64,000 bases of DNA from Epiperipatus broadwayi (lineage: Eukaryota > Animalia > Onychophora): assembly GCA_028023455.1 (NCBI GenBank), contig JAQFVV010000002.1:30256001-30320000 (forward strand). The letters are read 5' to 3'. Positions 13,069-27,344 of this stretch are shown here, in pieces; position 1 is the stretch's first letter, and each line of letters begins with the position of its first letter. A program made the position numbers and the translations under genes. The notes beneath the pieces were generated by a model. That model ran no database searches. It was given only the letters and a program-made list of their open reading frames with translations, and was not told the DNA's origin.

Positions 13069-13708
13069 CAAATCTACACACATTAAAAGCAACATACATT
13101 AAAAATGTTTTATTAATAATAGTATAGAAATACTCTATATTTGTGTACAGGCAAACATTTACTTATGTAAATAGTCGGACTTATCAACTTTCCAAGCTTA
13201 TTATCATATTGTCTAAAGAACATAAAATGAACAATTATGTCTACTACCACAGTTATTATAGTTATGGCAAATCTAATAAATGATGTTATACAGGCAATCT
13301 TCAAACAAACCGGGTGTAAACATAGCTTCCTTCAATATGGCCTAACAGTAAACTTTACATGCAAATCTCTACTCATTTTAAAAACGTTTGTGATTTGATA
13401 ATCAATATTAAATATATAACAGCTGTTAAATGCAGCATTTCAAATGATATGTAAAAGTGTTTATATGTGGGTTTGGTTTCAAGTTTGTCTAGAATAATAT
13501 CATTTGTCAGATTTGCACTCTCGGTAAGAATGGAGGGGGTAGATGTAAATGATTCTTTTACATCTTCTGTGCAATCTGATAAAAGAGTTTGGTGCTTTAC
13601 ATATTAACAGTATTTTGAAGGTTGATCATTTCATTATGAACGTATCATTTGAAATGCTGTATTTCTTACTTGTTACACACACATACATATATATTTATGT
13701 ATTTTCAG

Positions 13709-13797
13709 TGCCTTCTTTCAACAGTGGAGACTGTGATGATAATGAAGTGGATTCAGACGAGCTGCCTCAGACCCTGTCCTTAGATTCCTTTAAGAAG
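13709..13797 (+). CDS. SLC4A1AP: Kanadaptin exon (VPSFNSGDCDDNEVDSDELPQTLSLDSFKK)
   Basis: ttttcag/gtaata borders, 89 nt, phase 1-0, in frame with the next exon. Confidence 0.8.
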
Positions 13798-13942
13798 GTA
13801 ATATTCGTAAATTATATTTTTAAAATATGCATATGGGATATATGTAAAATGTGAGCACACATCCATATCTACTTCAAATTTTTATGATGCTAAGCATTTA
13901 AAAATGGAAATTGCAGAATAATAATTAATTTGGTTGTTACAG

Positions 13943-14033
13943 AAAATCACGACAGTATTTTCAGATGAGGATGTTCTGGGAACTGAATATGATGCTTCTA
14001 ATCCTGATTATGCAATGTGGCTTCCTCCTGAAG
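13943..14033 (+). CDS. SLC4A1AP: Kanadaptin penultimate exon (KITTVFSDEDVLGTEYDASNPDYAMWLPPE)
   Basis: ttacag/gtaagg borders; NPDYAMWLPPE matches the conserved kanadaptin DPDYxxWxPPE motif as recalled from the human protein. Confidence 0.92.
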
Positions 14034-14204
14034 GTAAGGATTCATTTGTGTAAGGGTTGTTTTGCTTGGTTAGTATGAACTTTTCATTTGAATTTATATT
14101 AACAGATGTTTTGGAATATTTTAAAATTTCTTTTTTTAAATTTAACTATTATTTAAATACATTAAGACAGATTTGTTAATTTATATATATTAAATTTATT
14201 ATTA

Positions 14205-14375
14205 GAAGGGATTTGAATTCAGGCTTTCAAGCTCTCTACAGCTGTTTCAGCATGAAATACTTATATTGGCAATCATTTATCTTTTTCGCATGTATGTGGT
14301 CATGTGTATCAGTTGTATAAGATGGAGTGAATACCTGTAGAGAACTTGAAAGTCTGAGTTCAAATCCCTTCTAAT
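14205..14375. mobile_element. Short family B fold-back
   Basis: gaagggatttgaa...ttcaaatcccttc inverted ends enclosing the family B 3' segment. Confidence 0.75.
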
Positions 14376-17039
14376 GGCATTAAGTTCAGTATAGACAATA
14401 TACTTCTCTTTTAATATTATAATTATTATTTGCTTTAAATTTAAATTATTTGATTATGCTAGTTAGCAATGATTTTGCTATAAGGGGAAAATATGGCCTA
14501 AAATATATTGAATATGCTAAATTCCAATATCGCCTTTTATGTCCAGATTTTAGACTGTGCACACAATCAATGTTTATTGCTTTATTGTTAAAGGAGGTTG
14601 CCTTGAACAGTTTGATATTGTTGATTGATATTGGGATTGTCTAAGTGTCGACTGGTTTTAACGATTACTTATACAAATTGTACATAAATACTGACTATAT
14701 AATAAATTTTTGGAGTTATGTGTTGGATTACTTCAATCATCTAATTGAATTACCTTTCAAAGTACATTGTGCCTTTAGTAATAAAATGCAAATTAGTATG
14801 AAGCCCAACATTTCAATTGGCTTTTATTCTTCTCTCTTCAGGTATTATTGGCCTGACCAATGACAGCTGGCATGAGAATTGAGTAGGTGTCCTTTATATA
14901 TAATTCCCATTTTAAGGTGAAATTCAATGATCTATCAAAAGCAATACTCAGTAGAAATTTTATATATTTAATTATCCTCTTGATTTCATTTTTTTTATGA
15001 ACGTTAATGAGTGGTTTCTAAACATTATGAATTATTGGACTTGATTACCTTATGGGTTTATTTGCCATTGTCCTGTAACCAGTCTCTTTAAAACTTTTTT
15101 TCTTTTTCCTCTTTGTCCAATATACTTGTGTTCCCAATTGATGCATTATCTATTACTTTATGTGCCTCTATGTTTTTCACTCTAATCATTGTTATATGTT
15201 CCTTTTCAATGTAACGGATAGTTTCGCTGATGTATGTTATTCCATATTCAGGTAATATTTCATAACTGCAGTTCTTATTTCTCAGTATTTCAGGTTTACG
15301 TTTTATAGAGAATATCTTGCAATGTGCTTTGGCCTGGAAAACTGTTAGATATTATATTGACTGCATATTTTCTTGAGTTTGTCTGCCATCCTTGGTATGT
15401 ATGGATAAACTACAATATCTATTATTGATAGTTTGTTTACGCTGGACTTCTTTCAAGTTAATGGCTTTTGAATAAATTTCTTTGTTAGTATAATTCCACT
15501 TTTTGTATTTCTATCATGATTAGATATATATATGCTAAATATTTTCTTGTGTGTGTGGCTATGTAAATATTTTATTATGAGTAGTTTTGTCACATGGATA
15601 TCTAAGAATGCCAATTCTGCTTTTATTGCGAATATAATTAAAGCTTATATGCTGTTGATGTCTATTTATAATATTTGTAATAGTGTTTTTCTATGCGACA
15701 ATGTAATGAAAGTATCGTTGGCATAGCGGAGTCAAACTTTTAATAGAGATGGAGTAGTATGGTTATTGTATATCTTGATTTTGCTGGAAGAATTTTACGT
15801 TGGAGTGAAAGTATGTTATTATTATGCAAAATATTAACAATCCAGAGTTGTTTTGGTTTATAGGTTATCTTCATTTAATTTTTTTTTACAATAGCTTATG
15901 TTTCATTACTGGCTATAGTTTAAAATAAATTTACGAAATCAAAACTTACTAAGATATCAGTTTATTCTACTTTCATATTCTTAACAAATTCTGCAAAATG
16001 CTTAGAATCTCCTGGCAAAGGACTGTTGTCGTCTTAGGTGCCAAAAGATAAGAATTTTATAAAGTAATTTTTACTAATTTTGACATATTAAATTTTTAGG
16101 ACTAATAATAGGTGAAACAATAAGTTTAATATAAATGTAAAATTTTTCCTAAAATATAGTGCTAATTCATTTTTTTCAGGGCTGATAAAATATCCACAAT
16201 GCTTTTTAAATAATGTTTGTAGTTTTCTTTCTGTAGCTAATATATAATTTTTTGTCAATTTTTTTTTTTTTTTTGATATTAATCTGCTATAATCTCTCTT
16301 TCTCTTTATTATCATAGTAGTGTCCATTCCAATTGTAGTATTGCCTATCAGTGAGAAGAATGAATACATCTTTGTTGAGTTTAAGAATTTAATAACTTCT
16401 CTCTCAATACAGTTAATGTTTGACATAGGTTACAAGTATTTCTCAACTGTTCTTTTTATTCTCCAGCTTAATTCCGCCGCTTCTTCTAAAGAAAATCTTG
16501 AATTGCTGCCATTCCATCTTGTATGGAACTTCAACAGCGATTAGCTGCTTGGAACTAAGATTTTTTGAATGATGTAGCTTCCATTTATTTGGTACCATTT
16601 GAAGTTTGATATGCCTGGAAGATTTATACCTTTTTTCTTTTGATCTTCATCTGTTTTTTCATATAATTTAGAATATTATTTACTGATTAAGAAACTCTTG
16701 TGAAATTTTAACTGGATGAAAATAGTCCAGTATATTCTTGAGTCAATAACTATACAATAATTTGTGTTGTTTATTTAATTATATAGTTAATGATGTTCGT
16801 GATTGCAATATATATTTGATTATATTCAGGAAGTCATAAATAAACAGAAATATATTGCATTTTGCTATAGCATGATGAGATGAGACTCAATAAAGCTTAT
16901 GATGTAGGTCTAAAATTGAGACTCTGTTGAGAAGGTAACGAACAAAGACAAACTATCATTGATAATAATCAAGCATTATTTCTTGGTTGTAGTAATTTAA
17001 TATTCAAATAAGTCATTACCTTCAGGCTGAGCACTTAAC

Positions 17040-17525
17040 ATATCATCACCATTTTTAACCATTATCAATTCACTGCAGTATAAGGTCAGTTTAATCCAGT
17101 TCTCTGATCTCTAGCCTTTCCACAACACATCAGCAAACTTCCTTACTTCATCCATCCATTTAACGTGGTCTATTTCTAGATCTTTTGCAATCTCTTGGAA
17201 TCCAGTTTAAACTTCATCTGTCCATCTATTATCATCTCTTCTGGCAATATTTCCATCTCAGCTCTATTTCAGTCTTAATTCTTTCAACTGTTTCATCCAA
17301 GTATTTTACTTTCAATCCCTTCTAGTTATTCCCAACATTCATCTCTCCATACTTTGTTGAGTGGTCTGAAATCTTTGTATTGCTTTTCTGTTAAGTGTCC
17401 AAATCTCAGATTTATAAGTAAGAACTGGTAAAACATATTTATTAAAACCATTCCTTTAGCAAACACAGACACATTTCCTTTTAATATCATTTCTACCAAA
17501 AACATTCCATCCAAGTTTAATTCTA
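17040..17525 (-). mobile_element. RTE-clade LINE 3' fragment in a kanadaptin intron
   Basis: Same family as 24845-25390 (ctcttggaatccagtttaa, aagtgtccaa.tctcagat). Confidence 0.85.
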
Positions 17526-17887
17526 TATATATATAACTTTATAGAAGTTTTTTTTATTTCTAAAAATATTTAAGATGTGATATTTTCCATTTTTCCATAT
17601 ATAAAGTATTAATATCTGGTCTACGCCCCTTATGTATATGAGGGCATAAACTAAAAGTGCTTTCACTTTGATTTAAAATTGAGTCAGACTAATGTTCGTT
17701 TTCAGTGCTTTTTATTTCAAAAATACACCAAGAAATCCTGTTAAAATTATTAATATTTCATATATTATTAATACTTACATTTATTAATATTTACATATAA
17801 TATGTACATTTATTAATATACATTAAAGTAATATTTAAAATTTTGTCATGTGATAAGTAATACATACATATATATTTAAAATAATAG

Positions 17888-17937
17888 ATCAAGATGGAGA
17901 TGGTAGAACAAAGCTGAACGATAAATATGGTTATTAA
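17888..17937 (+). CDS. SLC4A1AP: Kanadaptin terminal coding exon (DQDGDGRTKLNDKYGY*)
   Basis: Phase-1 join gives PPE-DQDGDGRTKLNDKYGY-stop, matching the kanadaptin C-terminus GQSGDGRTHLNDKYGY. Confidence 0.95.
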
Positions 17938-18597
17938 AAACGCATTTTATCCCATCCGCTCCTCTGGTTCATTGGCTCAAACAGATTGTATTCAACCATC
18001 ACTCCTCCGTTGTCCACGAGCTCTCGATTTATTTTTATTTTTTGTGTTCTCAATGCATGCTCTCTTCTCATCATTTATTGGTTTTGTTTAATATGTTCTT
18101 GGATTTTTTTTTTTTATTAAAGATTGTCTACAATATACATATTATAAATATTTAAAAATATCAATGGGATGATAATTGACAATACAGGTAGAAGAGTTAT
18201 TGTGGATCAAGACTTAATATTTTTTTATAATAAATATGTATAAATAATTACAATACTTTGTCTCATTTTAATTTATTAAGTTAACAGTTCATACAAGATT
18301 TTTTTTAAAATTCAACAAAATGTTATCTTCTAAAATGTTTTAGCCTATACTTGCGCATATAATCATCTGAGATTGCTGACCAAAATAAGATTCACCTTTA
18401 GTCTTGAAACGGTGAATACTGCTTTTTTTTTGCAGATTGCATTATCTTATATATAAAGGTGTGTGCATATATATTTAAATAATTTGAGTAAGTCTGTAAA
18501 TAAATTACAGCTATTTCTGTAGAACAATCAAATTTAAAGTTAGCCTAATAATTCACAAGTCAAATTCAAAGACTTATTTTTAACAACTTATTAATTT

Positions 18598-19108
18598 ATA
18601 AACAAGGCAAAACTCTCCATACAGTAGTGCCACCCTGTGCCAACCAGAGTAATCAATGGATGCCAGAAGGCTTGTGCATAAAATCCCTATCTAATGCCTA
18701 CTCATCCAATATCCCCCAGACTAGTTTCTGGCTTGTGGCCTTCGTCAGTGAGGAGCTTTGGATCTGAGAGCAATGCACCTAGATCTTAGGATCTAATGCA
18801 ACCCTCCAGCATCCACCTTTTATCTCTACTTAACTATAAAACTATGAGAATGAAATTGAAAACACAAAAATATTTTCATTCTAAGCTCAATAGCTTATAT
18901 AGTCATGGGTCTGAACTCAGTTCAGCACCCATACATTTTGGTGTCTTTGGCTCTTTAACAACCATAGCCACCACTATCCTATTAGGCAGAATTGGTGTTA
19001 AACCATTAAGCATCACATGATCGCCTTCACTTATACTAGCACATAATTGTTTATAAACAAGGCAAAACTCTCCATACAGTAGTGATCATGTGATGCTTAA
19101 TGGTTTAA
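18598..19108. mobile_element. Family A element, one full ~455-nt unit plus a short inverted end
   Basis: aacaaggcaaaactctccatacagtagtg at 18601 and 19056; 19083-19108 is the inverse of ~18998-19022. Confidence 0.88.
18714..18753 (-). ncRNA. Minimal hammerhead motif, family A
   Basis: Reverse strand: CCTCA CTGACGA A GGC-CACAA-GCC A GAAA CTAG TC TGGGG; stem III palindrome ACTAGT, GUC triplet. Confidence 0.8.
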
Positions 19109-20189
19109 CTTATTAATTTATTTGCAGTCTTATTAAAATGATTTGAATTTACATCTCGTTTAATAAATTACAAAAATCACCACTAATTAAAATTTCACCC
19201 TGTTCAAATGTTAATGATTGATTTATCCACCATATATAAGAATGTGATAAGCAGATAAAAGTATCTATATTTTGTCTAATCCGTAAATATAGCATTATGA
19301 GAAAGTAGGCATTATTTACAAATTTGTTAAAAATAAACTTCTGAGTTTGAACTGTGAATTGTTATTATGATGACACATTTAGACTTAATTGTTCTGTGAA
19401 TAAGATTATATATATAAGGTTTAATGATTTACGAAAATTGGAGAACATTAAATGTCCATAATACATATTCAGTGACAAGTAGTTTTTTCAAAGGTAAACA
19501 TTATACTCGGAAGGAAAAAAAATAAATACAAATGTGTATAAGTTTATATGTCGCTTTTTGTTTTGATTATGCCTTTGAAAAAGATGATTGTACTGAGATT
19601 GCAGTATGGTAACATATTTTTTAAGTTGTTTTATAATATTTTCTCTGCGTTAAGAAGTATTGTTATAACTGTATATAGTTTTATGTTATTTAAATAAATT
19701 AATTAATATTTGATTAATAATTATTAATCATAAATAATTATTCTTTTTTTTCTTTCCGAAATGGTCCCTTAATATTAATACATAAAATATTCTCTTCATT
19801 TTGTTTTTTTTTTTAAAAAAATCTTACTTTATCCTACAAACCATTTGTTTTTTCCCATTTTTATGCATATAACATTATAATTACATTCCTATGTTTCAAC
19901 CATCTTTCATAGTCATTTTCAAGGCTTATTATATATATAACACATTTATAACATAGAATTATTTATAATAATTTATAAATAGTAACATCAATATAATGGA
20001 AATTCTTTTATATAATATACCTTTATTCTTTTTTATATTTATTACTAATGGAAACATAAATATAAAAAAAAGAGTATAAAATATATATTATATAAAAGAA
20101 TTTTTATTATGTTGATGTTGTTACTTATAAATTATCGTAAATGTTATCTATTATATAATATATATTTTAATAATAAATAAATAATCATA

Positions 20190-20480
20190 ACTTCTAAATA
20201 TCTGTAATTGCAAAGCGGAAGTAACAACCTCCCACTGAGTTATGTAGCGTCAAAACCCAATGAAAAGAAAGAATGATACCATGCTATCTTTGAGCTCTGT
20301 TGTTATATAAGGTTAGTTTTTAAATTATATGATGAATTTTGTCTAGTAAAGAACTAAGCTTATATAACAACAGAGCCCAAAGATAGAATGGTATCATTCT
20401 TTCTTTTCATTGGGTTTTGACGCTACATAACTCAGTGAGAGGTAGATTCTTCCGCTGTGCAATTATATATTTTATGGAAA
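20190..20480. repeat. Long near-perfect inverted repeat (~125-nt arms)
   Basis: 20195-20318 is the reverse complement of ~20350-20470. Confidence 0.85.
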
Positions 20481-21711
20481 TAATCCTTGAAAATGATCAT
20501 AAAGTTGGTCAAAACGTGCATAAGAGTATAAAATAGCAAGGTGAGTGGAATATATTATATGTTATTTTTTTTAACTTGGTGTGATCTAAAAATATCATTT
20601 TTAAGAAAGTGTTATTATAGTTTTGCCTCTTTTGATAATACTTTTGTGATTCTGTTTATATCTTTTTAATTTATTTAGTAACCAAATATTTGATCCAAAT
20701 GTAGAAAATTTCCCAATTTGACTATTATTATTTCATCTAATGATGAAATTAGAAGAGTGGATATTTCTACCCCGTTATTTATATGCATTTGTCAATATTT
20801 AGCTACAGTATTGATATAAATATTGATTATTTGTACTCAATAGTAACAACAATCATTACAAAGACAGATTAGTTGCTTAGAGTTCATTCTTTAAAGTATA
20901 ATCAACATTCTTAGGATCATTACTGATTTTATTGTACTGTATATACATATGTATTTGCTTCTAATAATCTTAAAGGCCCAACATGAATTTATTAGGCAAG
21001 AGTTATTGCAGAAATCTGCATCAATTAAAACTAAGCACCAAATCATAATAAAAACAGATTTTTATCATTTACTAATTATAAGTTTTGATTTTTGCTTTGG
21101 ACTTTTGCATTTGTGCCCAAAATAATCATTAATATTGGATGGCAATATTTGATAATCAGATGGATGACTTTAGATCATTGTAGAACTATTCAAAAAAATT
21201 TGTAATATAATTTGTAGTTTTGAAAGTTAAACAGAGATGGGAGTCAAATTATTTACAGAATAACTTTTTCTTTGTTAGTTTTCTTTGTTTATTTTATCAC
21301 AAAATTGAAAATATTTGTCAGTCATCTGAAAATTGCATGATTGTAGCTAAATTTATTTATTAATCGCTATTTATGCAATTGTATTTCTGATAGTTTTTTT
21401 TATTTAAAGGTAAAAGAACAAGAGGATTAAACACTTGTATGCAATTAAATATGAAAAAGTACTTGAATTATTTATGCAAATCAACAATTTAATGACGCAC
21501 TTAAAAAATCAATCTTTTATGATTGTGATTTTAAACTAGCAAATGTTACAAAATTGTAAAATTAAATAATAGTTATTATAAATAAATTAATTCCATGTTT
21601 AGAATATTATATAATGTCAATATAAAAAAATAATCAAGGATTATATTTTATTTCAGGCATTACAAAAAAATCAAGTCAGATGTCACATGGCCTAATTTAA
21701 TAAGCTTGTGT

Positions 21712-21978
21712 TTAAAAATGTTATATATAGAGATCGCAAAACAAGCTCTTAACAAGGTTTGTAGAATATCCCCAATTTCAGACCAGTTTATGCTACTAGT
21801 GTCCTCAGTGAGGTACTAGAATATTCAATCTAATGATTGAATATCCTAGCACCTCACTGAGGATGCCAGATTGAATATTCTAGCACCTCACTGAGGACGC
21901 CAGATTGGTCTGAGGTTGGGGATATTCTACCAAGCTTGTTAAGAGATTGTTTTGCGAGTTCTATATATAACATTTATT
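21712..21978. mobile_element. Family C inverted insertion with decayed, internally duplicated HHR
   Basis: gctcttaacaag / cttgttaagag arms; ctagcacctcactgagga occurs twice on + and once inverted. Confidence 0.75.
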
Positions 21979-22971
21979 TTAGGCAATATGATTTAATTTA
22001 GAAATATATCAAAAATTATTTTATATATATATAAAGATTAATATTTAATTATTATTACATCAAAAAAATCTCTTTATAAAAAGTTATTTTAAATAAACCA
22101 ATATCTATATTACAATTAAGTTTATCAGTGCTTTTGATATTTATTAATTCTTAATAAATATGAACGAGGTTCATATAAAGTTTCTACCAACATCAAAATG
22201 TAGCAATTAATGCATTTAGATACTGCAAAAATTATAGCGTAATTGCTTCTACTTTGTTAAATATTTTTTCTGGAAATAAGTATTTTATATTACAATTTGA
22301 ATTAACAGTAGAGAATATTTTTAGTATATATTAACGTGACTTAATATTTAAAGTATTTCTGTAACTAAAAATCTTGTTATTTTTTAATTATTAAAGTATT
22401 TAGTATCAATTTTGACTAATTACATCTGGAAATAAAACTTTTCATAATGAAATATTTTAATCAGAAGGGAATTACAATCTCTACACTTGCAATATAAATG
22501 TTTTTTTAATATCTCATCAAAGATATTCTCAAAAGATAGCACGAAAATGCCATTTTATCTTTGTACCTAAATTCACTTATATAGGCCAATCTAAAATGTT
22601 TTGGAATGAAAACGTGAAGGTGTTCCATTAATCACTTTATATCCATTTATTTTATTAATTCCCTTCTGGCTAAAATTACATACGAACTGTCCTAGTATTG
22701 TAATTTGTAAAAATATTTTGGAAGGTTATATCAACTTATGAACTATGTCCGAATTTTGGTATGCGCACTTATTTTCATATGCATTATAATAATAACAAAT
22801 AAAAATGACATCGATTTGTTTTTATTTATTTATGATAGAAAATATATTTTGTCTGTCATATATATATGCAATGGCTTATATACTATTCAATACATTAAAA
22901 AAAAATTTCCCCGTGTTATTGATGACATATTAAAAATCATTTTAATATTTTAAATACAAGTATATTTTATA

Positions 22972-23385
22972 TACCTGGAGTCTAGATGTAATATAGGGGA
23001 TTTGAACGCAGATTTTCAAGCTCTTTTCAGCCATACATTCTATCTCATACAACCGATACCCATGGTCATGTGTGAAAAAGATAAATATATATATATTTAT
23101 CCACACCATTGAAAATCTGATGATGGTACGGATGGTCGAATAGTTGAGAAGATTGGAGCCTGTCCATTAAAGTTTGAAGATTTGCTATCTCAATATAAAC
23201 CGAGCACTGATTGTATATATGTGTTGGAGATGGTGATCTGGACCAACTGATGAGTGCTGGTTCAGCACAAAATACATATATTGGAGATCATTTATCTTTT
23301 TCACATGTGTGGTCATGTGTATCGTATGAGATAGAATAGATGGCTGAAGAGAGCTTGAAAGTCTGTGTTCAAATCCTCTATATAA
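22972..23385. mobile_element. Family B element, head-to-head inverted pair
   Basis: Minus-sense arm 22972-~23120, plus-sense arm with HHR to 23385. Confidence 0.85.
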
Positions 23386-24844
23386 AAATCATTTTAGTTA
23401 CAAGACTTTGATATTATATAAACAACATATATATACTCACAGATGTTAATAAAATAATGGCAATACTAGTAATACAATTTATTAATATGGGGCAATATAT
23501 GAGATAGAATTGTATAACATTTTAAATATCTAGAGGAACATTAAACTTTTCCTCTTCAAGAAACACCTTGAATTCTTTGAAAAATAGTCTAGGATTTTGA
23601 TGTCTGAATCATTAAAGAATAGTCCATAAAGTTTATCAGATAATTGGGAGATCATAACGTAATATTTCTTCAATCAATATTTGATTGTATGAATATATTG
23701 GAAGATACTATTTGTCTGAATGGGCAAATAGTCTACAGATATAATGTATTCCATGTATAATTATGATTGGATTATTCAGTGATTCAGAAAAATGTAAACA
23801 TTGATGTGTCCTCAAAGGATACGTTTTTAATTAGTCATCCTGCTTCTAGGTTTTTGCTACTATTACTTTAGCATTCACACCAGAAACTATTGGTTTAAAA
23901 TAATAATTTAACCATAAATATTCAGCTTCTGAAGCTCACAGAATTTTTGATAGACACCGGAGTATTCAGATTTGTTCACTGGAATTATTTTTTTGGACTA
24001 TCTTTCATAATGATCGTTTTTCCAATAAGTATCAATCTCAATTAGCTCTAGCATCCCCCCCCCCCTAAGAAATGTGATTATCATTTTTGGAATTATCTTA
24101 AATTATAGCAATTGTAGATACTGATCTTCCAGCTAGTTAGGTATCAAAATCCAGGTCATCTTTCATGATTATGATGTCAAATTTTATGGTGATACACCCA
24201 TCATATTAGCATAACGTCCAATCTGTAATGCTAATATGATGGGTGTTACTATTATTATTCAGGCTTATTTATATGGCAAGAGCAATGATTGTTGCCATCT
24301 GACTTATTTGCATTGACATAGATCTCAAATGTCTTATCTCTATTGGTAAGATATTTAAGATTTCTGTTCTTATACAAATGAACTAAAAATTCTTGAGGTA
24401 TTAATGATCTTGTAGTCATGCAAGAAGTTAGGATAATAATACCAATTCAATAATCTTAAAATTTGAGAAGATATTCACTCAACCTTGACAAATATTTAAA
24501 TAACATAGAGTGATTCATACTTTAAGACCAAAGGATTTTTACAGAATATTAAAGCAAGAAAAGGGAGGTACTGTGGGATTTAGATTGAACCATAGGTTTA
24601 CATTGCACTTCCACATTACATCAGAGGAGTTTCTGAATTATTCATATTCTAGTCATTGGGTAAGACAGTGAGGGTCATTATAACGCCCATTGAAAAATCC
24701 AATCTCACATCATTAGGTCTTTATGAATTATTTAAAAGAAATATTTTGATGTTTTATTGAGGCATATAAAACCAATAATTCTGCCATCATTGATTTGACA
24801 AGTTCTATATAGAACCCCCTCCCCCTCGATGATGTTAGCCTTGT

Positions 24845-25390
24845 GGGATCATCATCATCAACCATTATCAATCCAATGCAGGATGAAAGTCTCAAAGTTC
24901 AATCCATCTTCAATCTCTAGCCTCTCTTCTCCATATCACCCTGCTGCACACTTTCTTATTTCATCTATCCTCATATGTGGTCTCTTTCTGGGTCTTTTAC
25001 AATCTCTTGGAATCCAGTTTAAGATTTCAGTTATCCATCTATTATCATATTTTCTAGCAATATGTCCAGCCCAACTCCAAGTCTGTCTAAATTCTTTCAA
25101 CGATGTCACTAACACCTCTTTGTTCTCTTACCCATTTATTGCATTTTCGATTTCTTGTTACTTCTAACATGCATCTCTGTATTGCTCTTCTATTAAGTGT
25201 CCAAGTCTCAGATCCATAAGTATGAATTGGTAAAATACATTAAAAACCTTCCTTTTCAAACACATAGGCATATTTCCTTTTAATAGTACGCTATTTCTAC
25301 CCAAAATACTCCAAGTTTAATTCTATGATTAATTTAATCCATTATGCTTCCATCTGTAGTAATAATCTGACTAAGGTATTTGTATTTGTT
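24845..25390 (-). mobile_element. RTE-clade LINE 3' fragment
   Basis: Reverse complement homologous to 26050-26535. Confidence 0.88.
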
Positions 25391-25829
25391 ATTAGAAGCC
25401 TTATGGAATATCCTGTAATATATGAAATTGTTCATCTAGTATTCATTTTTTTAAACTTTTGATTGATGGGAAAGGTTAAAAGAAAAACAAGTTTTAAAAA
25501 TGTGCTACTTATATCATGTGTGATGTATATTGCCTAGATTTTAAAAAAATAGCAAGCTGAAATTTTAAAGTTTATAAAAATAACCATTTGTATATATATC
25601 TGAAGCTTTCTAATTATCATTATTTATAAATTGGAGTCTATGCTTATATATATGTATTATGTTATTTTTAAGTACAGTATTTAATATCAAACTTTATTAA
25701 GGATTCAGGAATAAAATTTGTTAACGTTTTATTTTTTACTTGTAATTATAATCGTAGTTTAATTCTTTTTGCTTATTAGTGTTATAAATAAAAGTTCTCG
25801 ACTATCTATATTAACGCGATTTACTGTTA

Positions 25830-26535
25830 GTTACAGGAAATGTTGCTGGAGTTATCAGATGAAAGTAGGACTAAAGATAAATGTTAAAAAGACTAAAGTA
25901 ATGATTAATCGATTTGCTCAAAATATGTAAATAAAGATTGATTATGATAAATTAGAAGTTAACAGTTACAAATATCTTAGTCAGATTATTAATACAGATG
26001 GAAACATAATGGAGGAAATTAATCATAGAATTAAACTTATTGGAGTGCTTTTGGTAGAAATAACTTGATACTAAAAGGAAATATGCCTATGTGTTTGAAA
26101 TGTGTTTTGCCAGTTCTTACTTATGGATCTGAGACTTGGACACTTAATAGAAGAGCAGTACAGAGACTTCAGACCACTCAAAGAACTATGGAGAGATGCA
26201 TGTTGGGAGTAACAAGGAGAGATCGAAAACGCAATATATGGGTAAGAGAACAAACAGATGTTACTGACCTCATTGAAAAAAATTAAAAGACTGAAGTGGA
26301 GTTGAACTGGACATATTTCTAGAAGAGATTATAATAGATGGACAATTGAAATTTTAAACTGGATTCCAAGAGATTGTAAAAGACCCAGAAAGAGACCACA
26401 TGTGAGATGGATGGACGAAATAAGAAAGTGTGCAGGGGTGATGTGGAGAAGAGAAGCTAAAGATCGGAAAAGATGGATTGAACTTGGAGAGACCTTCATC
26501 CTGTAGTGGAATGATAATGGTTGATGATGATGACT
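25830..26535 (+). mobile_element. RTE-clade LINE 3' fragment
   Basis: CVLPVLTYGSETWTL..QRTMERCMLGV..LKWSWTGHI..WIPRDCKRPRKRPHVRW; (TGA)n tail. Confidence 0.92.
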
Positions 26536-27344
26536 GTTAGCTTGAGTAACTAATGTTTGCCAGATGGCAGTGCAATATAATAATTCTAAACTGAATTCTA
26601 ATTTTTTGCCTTTATCAATGAGCATTTTAAATTCAAAGCTGGAAAGAATATATTTAGGCATTTGACAGTCATCTTTAATTTCTTTCTGGTGCCTACAGTT
26701 AAAATAGAATGGAGCTTAGTAAAATATATAGTTACTGACTTATATAAATACAACAAGTGTGGCTTGGAGTCAAAATCTTACGAGTTTTTCTTCAACCTGT
26801 TTGATAGTAAAGAGTTGGAGCCTTAAATGCATTGGTTTGAACTTTGATTTCTTATCAATAAAACCTAACAGCCAACAACCGATCTAGGATTAAATTGCAT
26901 TTTCAATTGGTAATGGGTGATTATTCAAGATTACAGTAGTTGGTGTTAGAATTGAAAACTGCTGAATAATAATGTTTATTAATTCTATTAAGTTTATGTT
27001 GATAAAGTTAGTACTATCAGAAATATTAAGTGCCGGAATTTATAGAAAGGCTGGTAGAGATTATGAAAAATAAACAGTGTGGTTAAATTGAATAAGTTTG
27101 ATAATGTCTCTGAGAGAATTATGAAAAATACTGAATTTCGAACATATTATGAAGAATGGTCTGTTATATTGAAAGTTGTGTTTCTTTAAAATTAATAACT
27201 TTAACTATAAATTGGAAATGATACCTTAGAAAGAATAATAGAAAAAGCATAAAATGATCCAAAGAAAGCTGTTAAGAATCGTGAAAAAAAAGGACATAAT
27301 GGTTAGGTGGGATACTTAAAAGAACATATTTACAATTAAGTTCC

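Noticed and set aside
19880-20190. Extremely AT-rich tract and (TA)n runs
   Set aside because: Ordinary low-complexity sequence.
24845-26535. RTE pair as a PLE-type head-to-head insertion
   Set aside because: Arms are separated by ~440 nt of unrelated DNA and differ in internal deletions; independent insertions are simpler.
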